Positions 1 through 13,931 of a stretch of DNA of 64,000 bases are shown piece by piece. A program made the position numbers and the translations under genes. Within the stretch, counting starts at the first letter, position 1. Every line of letters begins with the position of its first letter. The DNA lies in contig OZ193910.1 of the NCBI GenBank assembly GCA_964276515.1, positions 8,742,001 through 8,806,000 on the forward strand, in the 5' to 3' direction. The notes beneath the pieces are model-generated. The model made no database searches. It was not told the DNA's origin and saw only the letters and a list, made by a program, of their open reading frames with translations. This stretch comes from Gordius albopunctatus (Eukaryota).

Positions 1-1102
1 AAAGGTGGGTTTTAACAACTTTCTCGGATGTCAAGAATACAGATCAACTTTGTTTAAAAATTCAGTCAGAGTGATACAAATACATTGAAACCAAATTTTT
101 TAATTTAAAATATATTAAAAATTATCGCCGGACACTTTCATTTAGATTTCACCATGAAATACGTGTTTAATTACATTTTTAATTTTATAAATGTTTAAAC
201 AACTAACAGGATTTTTATTCCTGAAGGGGATAAGTGAAAAGTATTTAAAAATATGAAATTAATAAGCAGACAAAAATATGAAGTCTATGATTCTCCGAGA
301 ATATATATGGCTATTATATATGTCACGCCGAATAAAAAAAGTGTAATTAATTTCAACATTACAAAACTAGATTAAATATGCGTTCTTAAATGAAACATGT
401 CTTATATCTAATAATCTTTAACATTTTAATAGACTTTAAGAGGTAATTTATTCTACTCATCTAAATTAAGCTGAATTTACATTTATCAGGAATTTTAAAG
501 AAAGCCAATTGCTCTACCAACGAATTAAATTAAAAAAAATCTATCTCATATTCAAGCTACGTTTCTTCATCAAATTATATTATTGGCAAAACATCACCAT
601 GTACTATATATTTTAGTTTTATTGTATGAAACTTTATTGCGAATTTTTAAAATTAATAACTAAATACTTAATGATTTAGTATAGAATGGGCGCTTCAACT
701 CTCAGCGATTTATAGCTTTTATTAATCTAAATTATTGATTTTAATTGCTCAAAGTTATAAGTTTTATAGATTAAACATTACTACGCTAAAGGGTAAAAAT
801 AAATTAATAAATAGGTCTTAGAACTACATGTTATTTAACTGTCCTGGTATAATTATCACCTCTAAACTATTTTATGGAATTTTGCCCAAACTTTAACGTG
901 TTAAAAGGTTAATTTTACCATTATCGGATCCGTTGCAAACAACCCCCGTTTTATATTTAGTCATATTTAATGCCTAAGCTTTAAATATTAAAATAGTAAG
1001 TTAATAACATTGAAATAACTGCACAAATTACATTTAAAACTATATAATTTCACAAAAATATTAAGATTAAATGTGGAATGGATACAAAATTTAAGTACTT
1101 AC

Positions 1103-4100
1103 CGCTGCTACGGGTACAAGTATATCCACTAATATGGCAGCTAGGGCATGTTTAACTTCTTTATCCTTCGTGTCGATGAAATATTGCGCTAATACTTGTA
1201 AAAACTTGAAAGAATCTTCTAGGGATTCCACTGGCACCATCTAATTAGTTGCTAGTTAACTATCTCATTCCTTATTATTTACCTTCACTCTCAAAAACTT
1301 TATCCCCATCAAGAGTCCGATGATGGCATTTGATATTTGGTTATGGGAAGTTGGAGAATCTTTATTTTTTAAATCGTTTAACTCGTGCAAAAATCGTTCG
1401 GCGATCTCGTTAAATCTAAATGCGTATATAAGATTAAAAAATAATGGGGTAAGTGTTACCTGGACTGGGCCAAAACGCTCAACACCTCAGCGTAAAGATC
1501 ATAAATCAAATTTTGGTTCGCCAAATTTGGATTATTTAGACTGTTGTTACTGAAAGTTTGTTCGCGGAAATTAGAAGCAGTTTTAAAATGGTGAAAAATG
1601 CCAGCTTCTAACTTCTGATATAAATCATTGTAACCAGGATGAAATTCAAACAGTGGGAGTGTGTGGATTAACATGCGACAATAAACGAACTCTATGGCTA
1701 ACTGTAAAATTCAGCAACAATTATTTATTATAATTTTATAAGAATATAATGGATAAAATTTCATACTTCAATTTTTTCCCACAAAAAGAATTTTTCGCAT
1801 TGTGGGTCCCTGTCAAAAATAACAAATAATGTTTTAAATTTTGCAAAAATTTAACGAAATGCATTTTTTCCGTAAAATAGATTAGAAATCAAAAAGATTT
1901 GACATTACTTATTTTACAAGGTATAGGCAATTTAAAACCTCTGCGATAAATGATAATATTAAACAAGGACCATTTTATTACAAGGAATTATTTTCAAATA
2001 TATAATCACAAATCTCGAAGAAAGAATGACCCAAAACAAGAAAGAAATTGATTTTAAAAGCTTTTGGTAGTCTTAAATCCTCCCTTAGTTACGTTAATCT
2101 AAGGTTAAAAAGTGGTTGCTGGTAAAAACTGAAAATTCTAAAAAAGGTCCAGTATATCCAGTCTAACATATAATGGTAATGATATACGCGAACTTTTAGA
2201 GTAACAAAAAATGGTGAAGAGATACAACATATCTGTGAAATTAAAATGAATAATTGACCAATTCTTAATTGATCTCATAATGCACTAACTTATTATTAAA
2301 TATAATAGCCTCATTATAGGCTCAACCATAATCGAAAAAGCCCTCATAAGTTATTTATAATCTGTCGTCTATCTACCCCGCTCTTTAAATGAGTACAAGA
2401 ATCCCTGCTCTGTGAATTACCTATTTCATATCCCTAAGAATTTTTCTTTCATTCGGTGCGTATTGCCATTAGACATTGGATAATTCTGTAATTGTCGTTC
2501 TGAAATCCATCTAATGAGGAATTCTCAGCATTTTTATATGCCTTTACCTTCATACATGAGGAACTAGTTTCATTATTTAAAAACCTTGCCCTCATCTGAA
2601 CATTAAGGAGACACACGCATCCTTAACAAATATGGATGTCTCAGAGCCGACCTGAATTTTCCAAGTATGATTCAGTTTTCAACTAGTTTTGAAGCAATCA
2701 GGTGGAATAACGCATTGTACTTGATAATAATTTCATTCCCACAATAGGATTCATTCTATTCAGAAGAAGGGGGGGATTTGAATTTCAAATTACTTTTACC
2801 GTATTAATTATTTCCTTTCCTCTTGTTGAATAATTCCTGTTTCATTCCTTCGGGGGTGAGTAAATAGAGCGTTCTTGGCCAATGGGGATTCTCGATGCGA
2901 GCCGACTTCAAAAACAATTGGGGGGGGCATTATGTAAAGCTGTAAATTCATCTTTATTTAAAGGCTTTATGCTCGTCCCAATATCTTTCCTCAATTCTCC
3001 AATTTATTCCTGATGATTCCCCCTCCTTTAAACTTTTATATTTAAATCGTATTCTTTACGAATACGATATTGAAGACAGGAATTTTTCAACAAAAGGAAA
3101 GGAAAGTTGTTTAGAAATTATTCGGAACAAATCACCCCTACCCAATGCGTTAATTATCACCTGATTGCTTCAAAACCTTATTGAAAACTGAATCGTACTT
3201 GGAAAATTCAGGTCGGCTCTGAGACATCCATATTTGTTAAGGATGCGTGTGTCTCCTTAAATTTTCAGATGAGCGCAAGGTTTCAAATAATGAGACTAGT
3301 TCCTCATGTATGGAGCTAAAGGCATATTATAATGCTGAGAATTCCTCATTTAAGATGGATTTCAGAACGACAATAACAAATGGCAATACGCACCGAATGA
3401 AAGAAAAATTCGTAGGAAGAAAAGGTAATTCACAAAGCAGGGATTCGTTTACCTATTTACAGTGCGGGGAAGATTATTATAGGAAGATTATTATATGATT
3501 ATTCCCACAAGCCATAAATGAGGAGGTATTTATAAATATATCCATATGATTTTATTGAAGGTTACACATGTCGTATATAATAGAATTTTGTATAATTAGT
3601 ATAATATTTTCGATATATTATATTAGTGCTATAATTATATGTTTTAATATTGTAAAACAGGCGAGTTTATCAGATAAATTTTTGTCTACATATATCCCTA
3701 CTCTGGCCCTAATATTTGTTAAAAAAGATGAAGTGTCGTATCCGGAGATTTTTCCCACCCCCATGTCATCATCTTATACAAAAGTTAATGGATTGCGAGA
3801 TTCTTTTGATCTTACACCGCTTTTTACATTTTATTTCCACTTCTGTGCAAAATCTAATATAGGCAAGGGTTAGGGTTAGATTTAGTGATTTATTTGATAA
3901 TATGTATTTATTTATAAAATAGTATTATACATTTTGATTTTGTTTCAATTAACAATTATAGTATCCTTTTATTACGTAGTTTTTTAGTACATATTACATG
4001 CGTATGAATATGCGTGAAAACCGGTCTCAATTTCTAAAATGCGAATATTACATTATTAGATTTTGCACCAGATTCTTTATTTCCAGTACGCGTATGTTCC

Positions 4101-7100
4101 TACGCGCTTATACGTGTGTGTTATGTCTATCAATACGCATCATTGAATTTGATAACGCGTTTCTATTCACTTTTATAATTTTGTCTTAGTATAATAAAAA
4201 TGTAGTTCCTGATTCTCCCTTCTAACTACTACTCCCTTTGGAGAGGACAACGCATCCTGTAAAGCTGTGAATTCATCTTTATTTAAAGGCCTCACGCTCG
4301 TCCCAATATCTTTCCTCAATTCTCCCAATTTATTCCTGATGATTCCCCTTCCTTCAAACTTTTATAATTTAAATCGTATTCCCTTTACGAATACCATACA
4401 CATTTTTAAGGTTAATTAATTTAAAAACTAGTCTTTTTCAGAAGCAGAATTATTTTATAAGTGATTATTAAAAGCTTGATTCCAATCCATGCAAAAATTT
4501 ATTAACCACATCATATAGCTTTTTAAATAGATTTCGCATGGAAGGACCAATTAAAAAACCCCCCATAAATGCTCCGATATAAAACAAATAATAATTGTCT
4601 TTATTAAATACCTATATCAAAATGCAAAGCTTATTTAAATATTAATTCGTTTTTAGAGCTATTTAAACAAAGGAGGCCACGGTTCGCCCTTAAAGTGCAG
4701 TAATGCTCAGTTATTTCACAATATTAGTAGTATATATATTAGTGCAGAATATTGAAGAAGAGAAAAAGCGTTACCCGCGGACTTGTGAGCTCTGGGTAGT
4801 GGCAGGGTTGGAAGAAGATGACACGTTGTAAGAATGGTTTGATATGATGGAATTAATGGCGTGTTTGTAGTGATTGTAAGTGGTGAATCCGATGTTGTTG
4901 TTGATTCCGTTAGTGGTGCTTGAAGTAGATAAGCTGCTGCCGCCTGGGCCCGATGAATTGCTCCCGATCAAAGATGCGGCTGCCCCCACTATGCCACTCA
5001 GTATGTTGGCCGGTGCTAAACAGCTAGGCGAATGATTCGTCGGTATATTAACGGTCGTGCTCGTTTTGACGCTCCATGACGAACAATCTGAATCCACGTG
5101 AACCTTGGCGTAGCGTAAACAAAAGGGTTAAGCCCACAATAACAAAAGACGATTCCTTATTGTAGGGTTCAGGTTTTATTAAAGCGCCCCTAAGTTGGCG
5201 TTAAACTAATAATCAATATTTCTAAAAACATCCATTTGGAGGGTGAACCTTAACTTTTGAATTCACGTTCATAAACTAAACTAAATATTAAAAACTTTAA
5301 TTAAATTTTATAAGCATAAAAACGAACTTATCGAAGGTTTTAATTTCGGCTTATTTCAGAAGTATTAAAAATATCAAGCATATCGCTAATAGGGGGATGG
5401 TGGGAATAAGCGTGAGCGTAGAGCCCTGCACGGGCCGCCCGAGCCCGAGGCCCTTTGGTTTTATTAAATCATGCTCGAGCAGGACCTGAAGCCTAATCGA
5501 GTCGGGCCTGGTAGGGCCGGGTTGGGCTTCGGGCGGCCCGTGCAGGGCTCTACGTCAGCGACGTGATTCTTATACTGCAAAACGCGATATTTTGTTGAAA
5601 AACCATTAATGCAAGCTCTGTTATAAGGCTTTGCAACATGTTTTGATGATCTTATATAATATGCTTAAAATATGATGACTTATTATTTTTGTAGCTATTA
5701 TAATATTTAGGCCGAATATTAGGCTAAATTATTTAGTAATAAAAGAAGTCATACTACGTATGCTCATATATACTTTGGCATCCTTAACAGGCATCGAGAT
5801 AGGGTCATTAGTTATGGGCCGAAAATCGTTGGAGGATGTTTTGACTGACAAAGGGGTGACACTACGTTGTTGAGTATCATCCCTGCTGCTTTGTGTCAGA
5901 TTATCGAGCGCCCCAGACTCTTGCGTCGATTGAAGGTTTATCGAGTTTAACAAGTTTTTTTCGTACACTATTTGCAAACGACACCTTTCGTACCAAGTAA
6001 AAGTTGATCGTAGCATCGAAGGTAAGCAAAACTCCGCCAAAGAAGCCATCATATCGAAAATCTAGCAAGATATTGGTTTGAATAATATATATTTATCTAT
6101 TATTATATGTATGAATATCATTTAACCAAAAGCTAATATCTTGGCATTCAAAATGATTAATTCGTATATTTTAAAAAGCATTACATTATCCAATTCCGCA
6201 TCTTCTCCTCGTTGAAGAGTTTTAGCGAGAGATTTTTCCTAAACGAAATTTTACATTTAATAACTAAGAATAAGGTACCAGAGGTTCGTTGATTATAATC
6301 TTTATTTTGCTATCGATTAGATTAAAGAATTTTTTCATCAAGACCCCCATTAAGTACTGACCCAAATTTTCTCTGACAATATTTTTGGAGGTACTATCCT
6401 TTTCGGATTGTTTAGTATGCCTATTATCACGTAGAAAATCTTTGTTTACATCAGTGTTATTATCGATATCAAAGTTTTCCCGAACGCTTTGAAGCTTAGA
6501 TTTGTGATTTTTATCAAAAATATTATTATCATCCACGACTAGTTCATTTTGGAGGGTTATATCATTGGTGGAGTCTTGGTCAATTTTGAAAGATTTCAAA
6601 GTTAGCAAATCGTCAGGTATCTTGTTTGGAGTTTCTTCTAGGTTGGCAATATTCTCCGTTTCTGAATCATTAGCATCTCTTTGTACATATGTGTTTCCGT
6701 CAACAATGGGACTATTATTTAGAGAATCATTGCGAAAAGGAATGATTGGAATGGATTCGGAGGGCAAAGTTTGGAAATCAGGATTGAATGGATTTACTTG
6801 GTAGGAAATAGCTTTTTTGGTTTTTTCGTCACCATTGTCTGCATGACAAATAATACTTTATAATTATAAAGGTATTGATAGATTTTAAAAACTATTCAGA
6901 ATATTTCAAATAAACTCGCAGCTATTTCAAATTATAAAAATTGAAATATCGAATTCTCAATATATAATGCAATGTATTCTTTTTATTGTTAATGTTGGAG
7001 AGAATTTTTAAATTTTCTATCCTACTAAAATGTTCTCAATCTTTAAACTGTTTTAAATATAAATTAATATTAAAATAAACATTAAAAACTATATGTTAAA

Positions 7101-8543
7101 ATTCACTCCATTTTATATATAATTAAATATCATGTTTATTTTAAACTACTAAATTCAAGTGTTTTAAAACTCATAATGTTAAAATAGCCCCTACAACATC
7201 CAACCATCCATGATCAAAAGGGGAAGCAACAAAGCAAGGGTGGTTAATGTTCTAGCTCTGAACAATGTTTTGTTTAAAGATAGTGAGAATTTAAAATTTA
7301 TTAAATTAAATGGGGTAAAATTAGCGTGAGGTTGGTCGTGTATAGGCAATCATGTTAAAGAAAGCGCAAATCCTTTATTGAAATTAGGGTATCTTTATTA
7401 ATTAATTATATTTTTTTATTTGATCAATTCATCCTGCTTGTTCACAATAGTACAGATTTGAAATCAGGCCGAACATCAAAATTTACTAATGGAAGAAGTA
7501 AAAAAGCGAAAGTAATTATTAAATATTTAATCAAATTCTGCCTAACATTGGTATATAATTAAATCTATAATTCGGTTTAAATTGTTATAAATTTTTATTT
7601 ATTATGTATTAAAATGGATGCACTCGAAACGAAAAGCCAGCGGTTCCTTCAAACCCGTATGCCTATTTCCTTCATCAATCTCTAAGAAGCTGAACACCAA
7701 AGTGACAATTACCAAAAAATTTTATATAAACTTGGTAAAACCGTGTACCATTTTTAAGTTAAAGGCGATGACTAAGTTAAACATGGAAAAAGTTTAAATA
7801 AAAATGTGAATAAAAAGCATGTCTATAAAACTAAAAGATTTTCGTTAATCCAAGTCCAGGTCACTTATGGAGAATTCTATACATGGCCTAAATTCTTATT
7901 AAATTTAAATCGGCCTTATATAAGTTTTTAAGATGATATATATCTATATATAAAAGCCATACAAAAATGCATAGCAGTTAAAAATATTAAAGATATAAAA
8001 TACTGCTGATTAGAGTTAATCCTCGCTGCTTTAAAAAAGAAATTAAAAAAAAATCAAGTTGCAAAAAAGCATTAAAAATTCTATCTAAAATAAAAGCAAT
8101 AACATAAATCTTGGGAAAACGATTTAAAATTATCTAATTAATAACGATAAAAACATAGCTCTGTTTATCTTAATTATATTGCTATATGTAGCGGGCTACA
8201 AAAAGCAGTCAATAACAATTGTTATCTAAAATATCAAATAATTATTACCAATTGAGCATGATATCAGATCAATTTTATCATCTAGTTGAAGAGTATCATT
8301 TTTTGAATCATCATTTTCAATGGGGTGAGGAGGCGTTGAGTCACCATTGGCCTCATTCGTACTATGCAAGTCACTTTTAAATATGACGTTGGTGTGTGAA
8401 TTGTTGTATCGGGGTTCAACGTGGTTTAAAAAAGAGTGTCCTTGCGCTAGGCACGAAGCTATGTTGCATTGTATTGGAGTAAATGCAGTAGCCCTATCTT
8501 TTAAAAATTTGCCCTTTGATATGTTTGACGTATTCTTTTGCAT
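1103..8543 (-). CDS. fry: Furry (FRY/Tao3/Mor2 family) homolog, N-terminal part; 3' end lies beyond window start. Exons 8543-8249, 6838-6279, 6238-6185, 6061-5774, 5103-4775, 1809-1767, 1701-1460, 1415-1283, 1240-1103
   Basis: Spliced translation gives Furry N-terminal motifs in order: GQYLMGVLMKKF..KIKIIINEPL|EKSLAKTLQRGEDAELDN|IFDMMASLAEFCLPSMLRSTFTWYER ... WEKIE|LAIEFVY..DLYAEVLSVLAQSR|F..IIGLLMGIKFLRVK|MVPVESLEDSFKFLQVLAQYFIDTKDKEVKHALAAILVDILVPVAA. All junctions are GT..AG with consistent phase. The ATG at 8543 has an in-frame TGA just upstream. Confidence 0.93.
2370..3470. repeat. Long imperfect inverted repeat (arms ~2370-2850 and ~3060-3470) inside a fry intron
   Basis: 2618-2682 is the near-exact reverse complement of 3181-3245. 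The match extends outward to ~2370/3470 and, with gaps, inward (2811-2850 vs 3065-3108). The central part 2933-3065 recurs as a direct copy at ~4258-4395. Confidence 0.85.
3841..4075. repeat. Dispersed repeat; near-identical inverted copy at ~33765-34025
   Basis: ttctgtgcaaaatctaatataggcaaggg...attattagattttgcaccagattc matches the reverse complement of 33765-34025. Internal short IR tgcaaaatctaata/tattagattttgca. Confidence 0.8.
5419..5552. mobile_element. hAT-type MITE (TAGAGCCCTGCA termini)
   Basis: TIR tagagccctgcacgggccgcccga / tcgggcggcccgtgcagggctcta; 8-bp flanks cgtgagcg / cgtcagcg (TSD, 1 mismatch). Confidence 0.85.
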
Positions 8544-9990
8544 CTCAAATCAGATTTCTACTAGTTAAAGATGTATAAATATATTATCGTATTTAATAAC
8601 ACACTCTTAAAAAATATGATAAATGTTGCCACTAAAGTTAAATAGTATATTATATAAAAATGCCTTACAGAAATTAAATAAAATCTACAGGCCCAAGTTT
8701 TTGCCAGCCTCATATAAAATATAATAATTCAACAACCAGATCCTTACCCAAAGCAAAGTCTAGCCAACTACAAAATATTTAAAATTTATTTGCACAGCTT
8801 ACATAATATTGTACCCCTCATTTCAAATCAAATGATTAAAAATTTCTTATTTACTTTAAAAAACATATATATAATATATGTGTATATAGTAGCTATCATG
8901 AAATAAAAAAAAATAATTGAAATCACAAATTATATTTTTTAGTGAAATCAATATATTAAAAAACTTAAGTGCTTATAAATCAAATTATTTATTCTTTACT
9001 CATTATATTCATGCATGTGAAAAGTGCAAAAATAGGTTAGGCCAAGCTTTGGACAAAAATCAAGAAATAATATTAAGCTTGGGTCAGGCTAGGTCAAATT
9101 TATTTTAAAAACATTGGGACTGGCCCAACTTGGAATAAAAAGATGCAATTTTGCTGGGCTGCACCCATATAAAATATATTATAACTATTAATTTTCATCC
9201 ATAATAAACAAGGAGGTGATGGTTATAAGATAAATCAACTTATCAAGTTTCTTAACTATATTCACACTTATATTTTTATCCTCAGCAGCATACAAATATT
9301 AAAGTTAAAACAAAGTATGTACAATGATTCTGTTATTTCTTAAACATGCCTAATATATTAACTTTTTAAAAATGACTCTATAGATTTGTGAGCATAGATA
9401 TTATAGTTATTAATACAAATACAAAACATTACCCTAAAGTGCACTTAGAAATGATGTCAGATTTTGTAAATAATATGTTTGATCTAAGATGTTATACAAT
9501 TTAATTTTTATTTGAATTCAATATAAAACTTTTTTAAAATTACCATATAATAATGCTTTATCATACATATATCATTAATTATTTATGTAACACTACTAAT
9601 CCAATGCCAAATGTAGTCAAGCTTTTTTAATAAAATATAGTGTATTTTGAATGAGGTAGCTTAAATGAGATATCAAATATAATCTCATGCCTAAAGTGCA
9701 TTTTTATATGAAATATTCTAAATTAAATAAGATGTTTAAAAGTTAGTAATAATCAAAAAGTTAAAAAATTATAATTAAAATCTGAAAAAATTTGTCAATA
9801 CATTTCAGTCTTCATACAAATTTTTGATATTTAAAATAAGATGGCGATTCCAGGATTTATTTTAATAAATTGGTTCGGGTACATCCATTAAAATTGTTGT
9901 ATGAATGAATATTATATTCGGATCATAAGAAATATTTAATTTGTACATATAAACATATGGATATTATAAAAGATTATAATTATATAGTAT

Positions 9991-10450
9991 CAAATAAATT
10001 AGATTAAGTTGTTAATAATGATAATAGTTAATAATTAATGAACATGTATTATTATCAATTGGTTTAATGTGTATATATAGAATAATTATAGTAAGAGTAA
10101 GGCTATAAACGTTTATAATTATATTTAATGTTATATAAAACATTTCAATTACATTTTAACAAATAAATTAGATGTAAGTGTTAATAAACAAAATAGTTAA
10201 TAATTAATAAGCATGTATTATTATCAATTAGTTCAATGTGTATATATAGCATAATTAAAGTTAGAGTAATGCTATAAACGTTTATTATTATATTTAATCT
10301 TATATAAAACATTTCAATTACATTTTAACAAATAAATTAGATGTAACTGTTAATAATAAAAATAGTTAATAATTATTGAACATGTGTTACTATCAATTGG
10401 TTCAATTTGCATCTATAGCATATGTAAAGCTAAAGTAAAGCTAAACGTTA
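9991..10450. repeat. ~169-bp tandem repeat, ~2.7 units
   Basis: Unit start caaataaattagat at 9991, 10160 and 10329. Confidence 0.85.
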
Positions 10451-11424
10451 TGCATTTTATATCTGTTGTAATATGTATCTTATATAAGTAAAATAAAGCA
10501 ATATTTAATGATATATATAAAATGAATAGATATTATCACTACTGTGTTTAATTTACAATATCGTATAAGTAAAATAAGTTTAATACAATAAAACATACTA
10601 TTGTTACATTTAAAAATAAATAGTGTGTAAAATAATGTATGTATTGAAGTAGTTAAAAGAATCACTCAGGAATATTAGCCATAATTATAAAAAAATTCTA
10701 TGTTATAAATATATATGCAGCAGCTAAATAACAAGTATAAGCATAGGTTTGTTATAAAGGCGAGCTCATAACAAAGGACTAACCGATTTTATATGAACAA
10801 ATGCTATGAGCAAGCAGTTTATCTAAACTGCTCATAAAATAATGTTCTAATTAAAGCGTCCTTAGTTTTAACACAGTACATTCTGTTGTTCAACAATTAT
10901 TGTGGCTATTTGAATAGGCGTAAGTCGGATTTCCTAAAGGGGTGGGGGGGAGGGGGTAAAAAATTTTTAAGATCACATTATTTTGTTAATAATCTTATAA
11001 TTTATTTTTTATACATGCCAAAAATTTAAAAAAATTTATTTAATTATAAATTTTCTGTCTCACCCAGGCGGTAATAATCTGTTTGACAATTTTAATATGG
11101 TTTAACTTTATATTTTATTGTTTTTCAGAATATGTGTCGATGTTAAAATTTTATTAAAGGTACTAACTAATATTTTTTTGAATAACATTATATAAATCTA
11201 AAATGATTTTAAAAAATTTATTTTTTATAAATGGCGAAATTATATTTTAGTGTATAAATATTTTTTGACATTCTAAATATGACTTAGATGATATAATTTT
11301 CCCAAAATGTACAATTAAATCTAATAATATAAGATGGTCTATGAGTTAATATAAAACACATGCAGCGCGAATTAATAACATAACTTCAAGCTTGTATTTA
11401 AAAATTAAAACAAATTTATATTTA

Positions 11425-12446
11425 TTATTGTAAATCAATTTCATCATATAACGGGGCATCGTGACCTTGTAAGTGCATATAATTAGAGATGGCATCAACA
11501 TATGAAAAAAGGGGCATAGGGTTAGATACATTTGTATATTGAGCTATAAGACGATTTATATTATAATTAATAGAAGCGTATTTTTTATTTGTTTCATACA
11601 CTCTTTTTCCCTGAGAGATGTGTAGCAAATCAACATTAGTTTTTTCTTGTAGGTCTAGCAGGAAATCAACAAACACATATATAGTAGGGTGGGTTTGTTT
11701 GAGCCCACTTTTAAGAGCATTATGAAAACCTTCCAAGTGGTTGTTGGTTCGGGGCCCCTCTGCATCAAGCCGTTGCCACATATCATAGGGGAACAAGGGG
11801 TCCCTCTCAAGCCCAACCCAGGTATTGTGGACGTACAAAAAAAAATTTTCAATTTCTCTATCGCCGCGCACATTGGGCTGGACCATGCAAAGGGTCATGA
11901 CATCGCGGATGTGCCCTCTCTTCACAAATGGTAATGCTAAAAGACGACGAACGCTGCGCTTGAAATCAGCATTTGATGAATAAAGATTCTTCATTTTGCC
12001 AGACCCAGCGTGTCGATAGATCGCCTGGCCAAAATGAAACAAGCAACCTAAAAATTATATAAACAAAACATTAAATTTTACCCTTTATAATAATATTAGG
12101 GAAACAGGCTTCCAAGGCCCCGATGCTTGCCCGTTCGAAATCAACCTGTGCATAGGTTGGGGCGAAAACTAGCTGCAAGGTAGCACAAATCTGAATGAGT
12201 GCCCTGAACACTTTCTTATAAGTATATTCTGTTTTATCAGGCAGAAGGGTATATACTACTGGAATCATATGCTCCCGGTAATAGGTATGAATTGTATAAA
12301 TGGTATATGCCTCGTCCTTGGCATTTATTTGTTCGGCACTTAAAATAAAGTTGCAATTTTTTCCCAACTTTAGCTTGGGTATATTCATATTCCCCTAAGA
12401 CTAAAATTGGGTTTTTATTTTGAGTTAATTTAAATTCGATGGGCAT
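11425..12446 (-). pseudogene. Mutator-like (MULE) transposase with N-terminal FLYWCH zinc finger, internally deleted
   Basis: FLYWCH-like start (KNPILVLGEYEY..YFKCRTNKCQGR) is joined out of frame at ~12300 to the MULE core YTIH..PVVYTLLPDKTEYTY..DFERA..ACFP..KG|CLFHFGQ..RTNNHLEGFHN..HPTIY. A 34-nt GT..AG intron (12081-12048) restores KGCLFH. The first catalytic Asp region is missing. Confidence 0.88.
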
Positions 12447-12529
12447 ATCAAATATAACAGTAGGAATAGGAGCTGTGGTTTGTGCAATATATATAAAAAT
12501 ATAATAAAATTAAATATTAATAAATCAAT

Positions 12530-13931
12530 AAAATAAGTGATTTTTTAAAATCTGAGTATAAATAGTTTCATGAATGTTAAAGCATATATTTTATTAAAAA
12601 TTCTGTAAAAAGAATAAGCCATTCTAAAAAAATAGTAAAAAAGTTAGAGTGTAAATTTGTTGCAAAAACATTAAAATTATTATACTCTTTTGAAGTTGAG
12701 AATTTGTTTTTTGATTGGACTTTAATGACTTTTCCTTTGCCTCTAATTCACTTCTAATGCTTAGAAAGAGTGTAATCTTGTGAAGTTTGGCTGGGTTGCC
12801 TGAAAATGAATTACACATTATTAAAGTATAGGCTATGCAGTAAAAAGGCATAACTCACTGCAATTAGAGTTATCAAAATGTTTTATGAAGATCATACTTT
12901 CTAGTAAGCATCTTAAATGTATAGTAATCATAAAACAAATTAAAAATATAATAAATAAATTTAAATATTAATAAGACATAATTGTAAAGTATTTTATATG
13001 CATATTTTAAATGTAGTTAAAAATATTTTTTTAAATCTGAGTATAAATAGTTTCATGAATGTTAAAAGTTTCATGAATGGTAAAGCATATATTTTATTAA
13101 AAATTCTGTAAAAAGAATAAGCAATTCTAAAAAAATAGTAAAAAAGTTAGAGTGTAAATTTGTTGCAAAAACATTTAAATTATTATACTCTTTTGAAGTT
13201 GAGAACTTGTTTTTTGATTGGACTTTAATAACTTTTTCTTTGCCTCTATTTATATGCATACTTTAAATGTAGTTAAAAATATTTTTTAAAATCTGAGTAT
13301 AAATAGTTTCATGAATGTTAAAAGTTTCATGAATGTTAAAGCATATATTTTATTAAAAATTCTGTAAAAAGAATAAGCAATTCTAAAAAAATAGTAAAAA
13401 AGTTAGAGTGTAAATTTGTTGCAAAAACATTAAAATTATTATACTCTTTTGAAGTTGAGAATTTAGTATAATCTTGTGAAGTTTGGCTGGATTGCCTTAT
13501 TAAAAATTCTGTAAAAAGAATAAGCAATTCTAAAAAAATAGTAAAAAAGTTAGTGTAAATTTGTTGCAAAAACATTAAAATTATTATACTCTTTTGAAGT
13601 TGAGAATTTAGTATAATCTTGTGAAGTTTGGCTGGATTGCCTTATTAAAAATTCTGTAAAAAGAATAAGCAATTCTAAAAAAATAGTAAAAAAGTTAGTG
13701 TAAATTTGTTGCAAAAACATTAAAATTATTATACTCTTTTGAAGTTGAGAATTTAGTATAATCTTGTGAAGTTTGGCTGGATTGCCTTATTAAAAATTCT
13801 GTAAAAAGAATAAGCAATTCTAAAAAAATAGTAAAAAAGTTAGTGTAAATTTGTTGCAAAAACATTAAAATTATTATACTCTTTTGAAGTTGAGAATTTA
13901 GTATAATCTTGTGAAGTTTGGCTGGGTTGCC
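12530..13931. repeat. Tandem array upstream of the MULE ORF; four ~145-bp units at 13350-13931 plus variant units near 12590 and 13093
   Basis: ttattaaaaattctgtaaaaagaataagc recurs at ~13350, 13497, 13642 and 13787, and also at ~12590 and ~13093. Confidence 0.9.

Noticed and set aside
3865..3880. Telomere-like GGGTTAGGGTTAG
   Set aside because: Only two units, inside a dispersed repeat whose other copy differs at this site.
9836..9850. YY1-like AAGATGGCG as fry promoter element
   Set aside because: A single short motif, oriented opposite to fry, with no TSS evidence.
13350..13931. Regular repeats resembling a CRISPR array (also 40680-41880)
   Set aside because: The units are full-length tandem duplicates with no unique spacers, there are no cas genes, and the context is eukaryotic.
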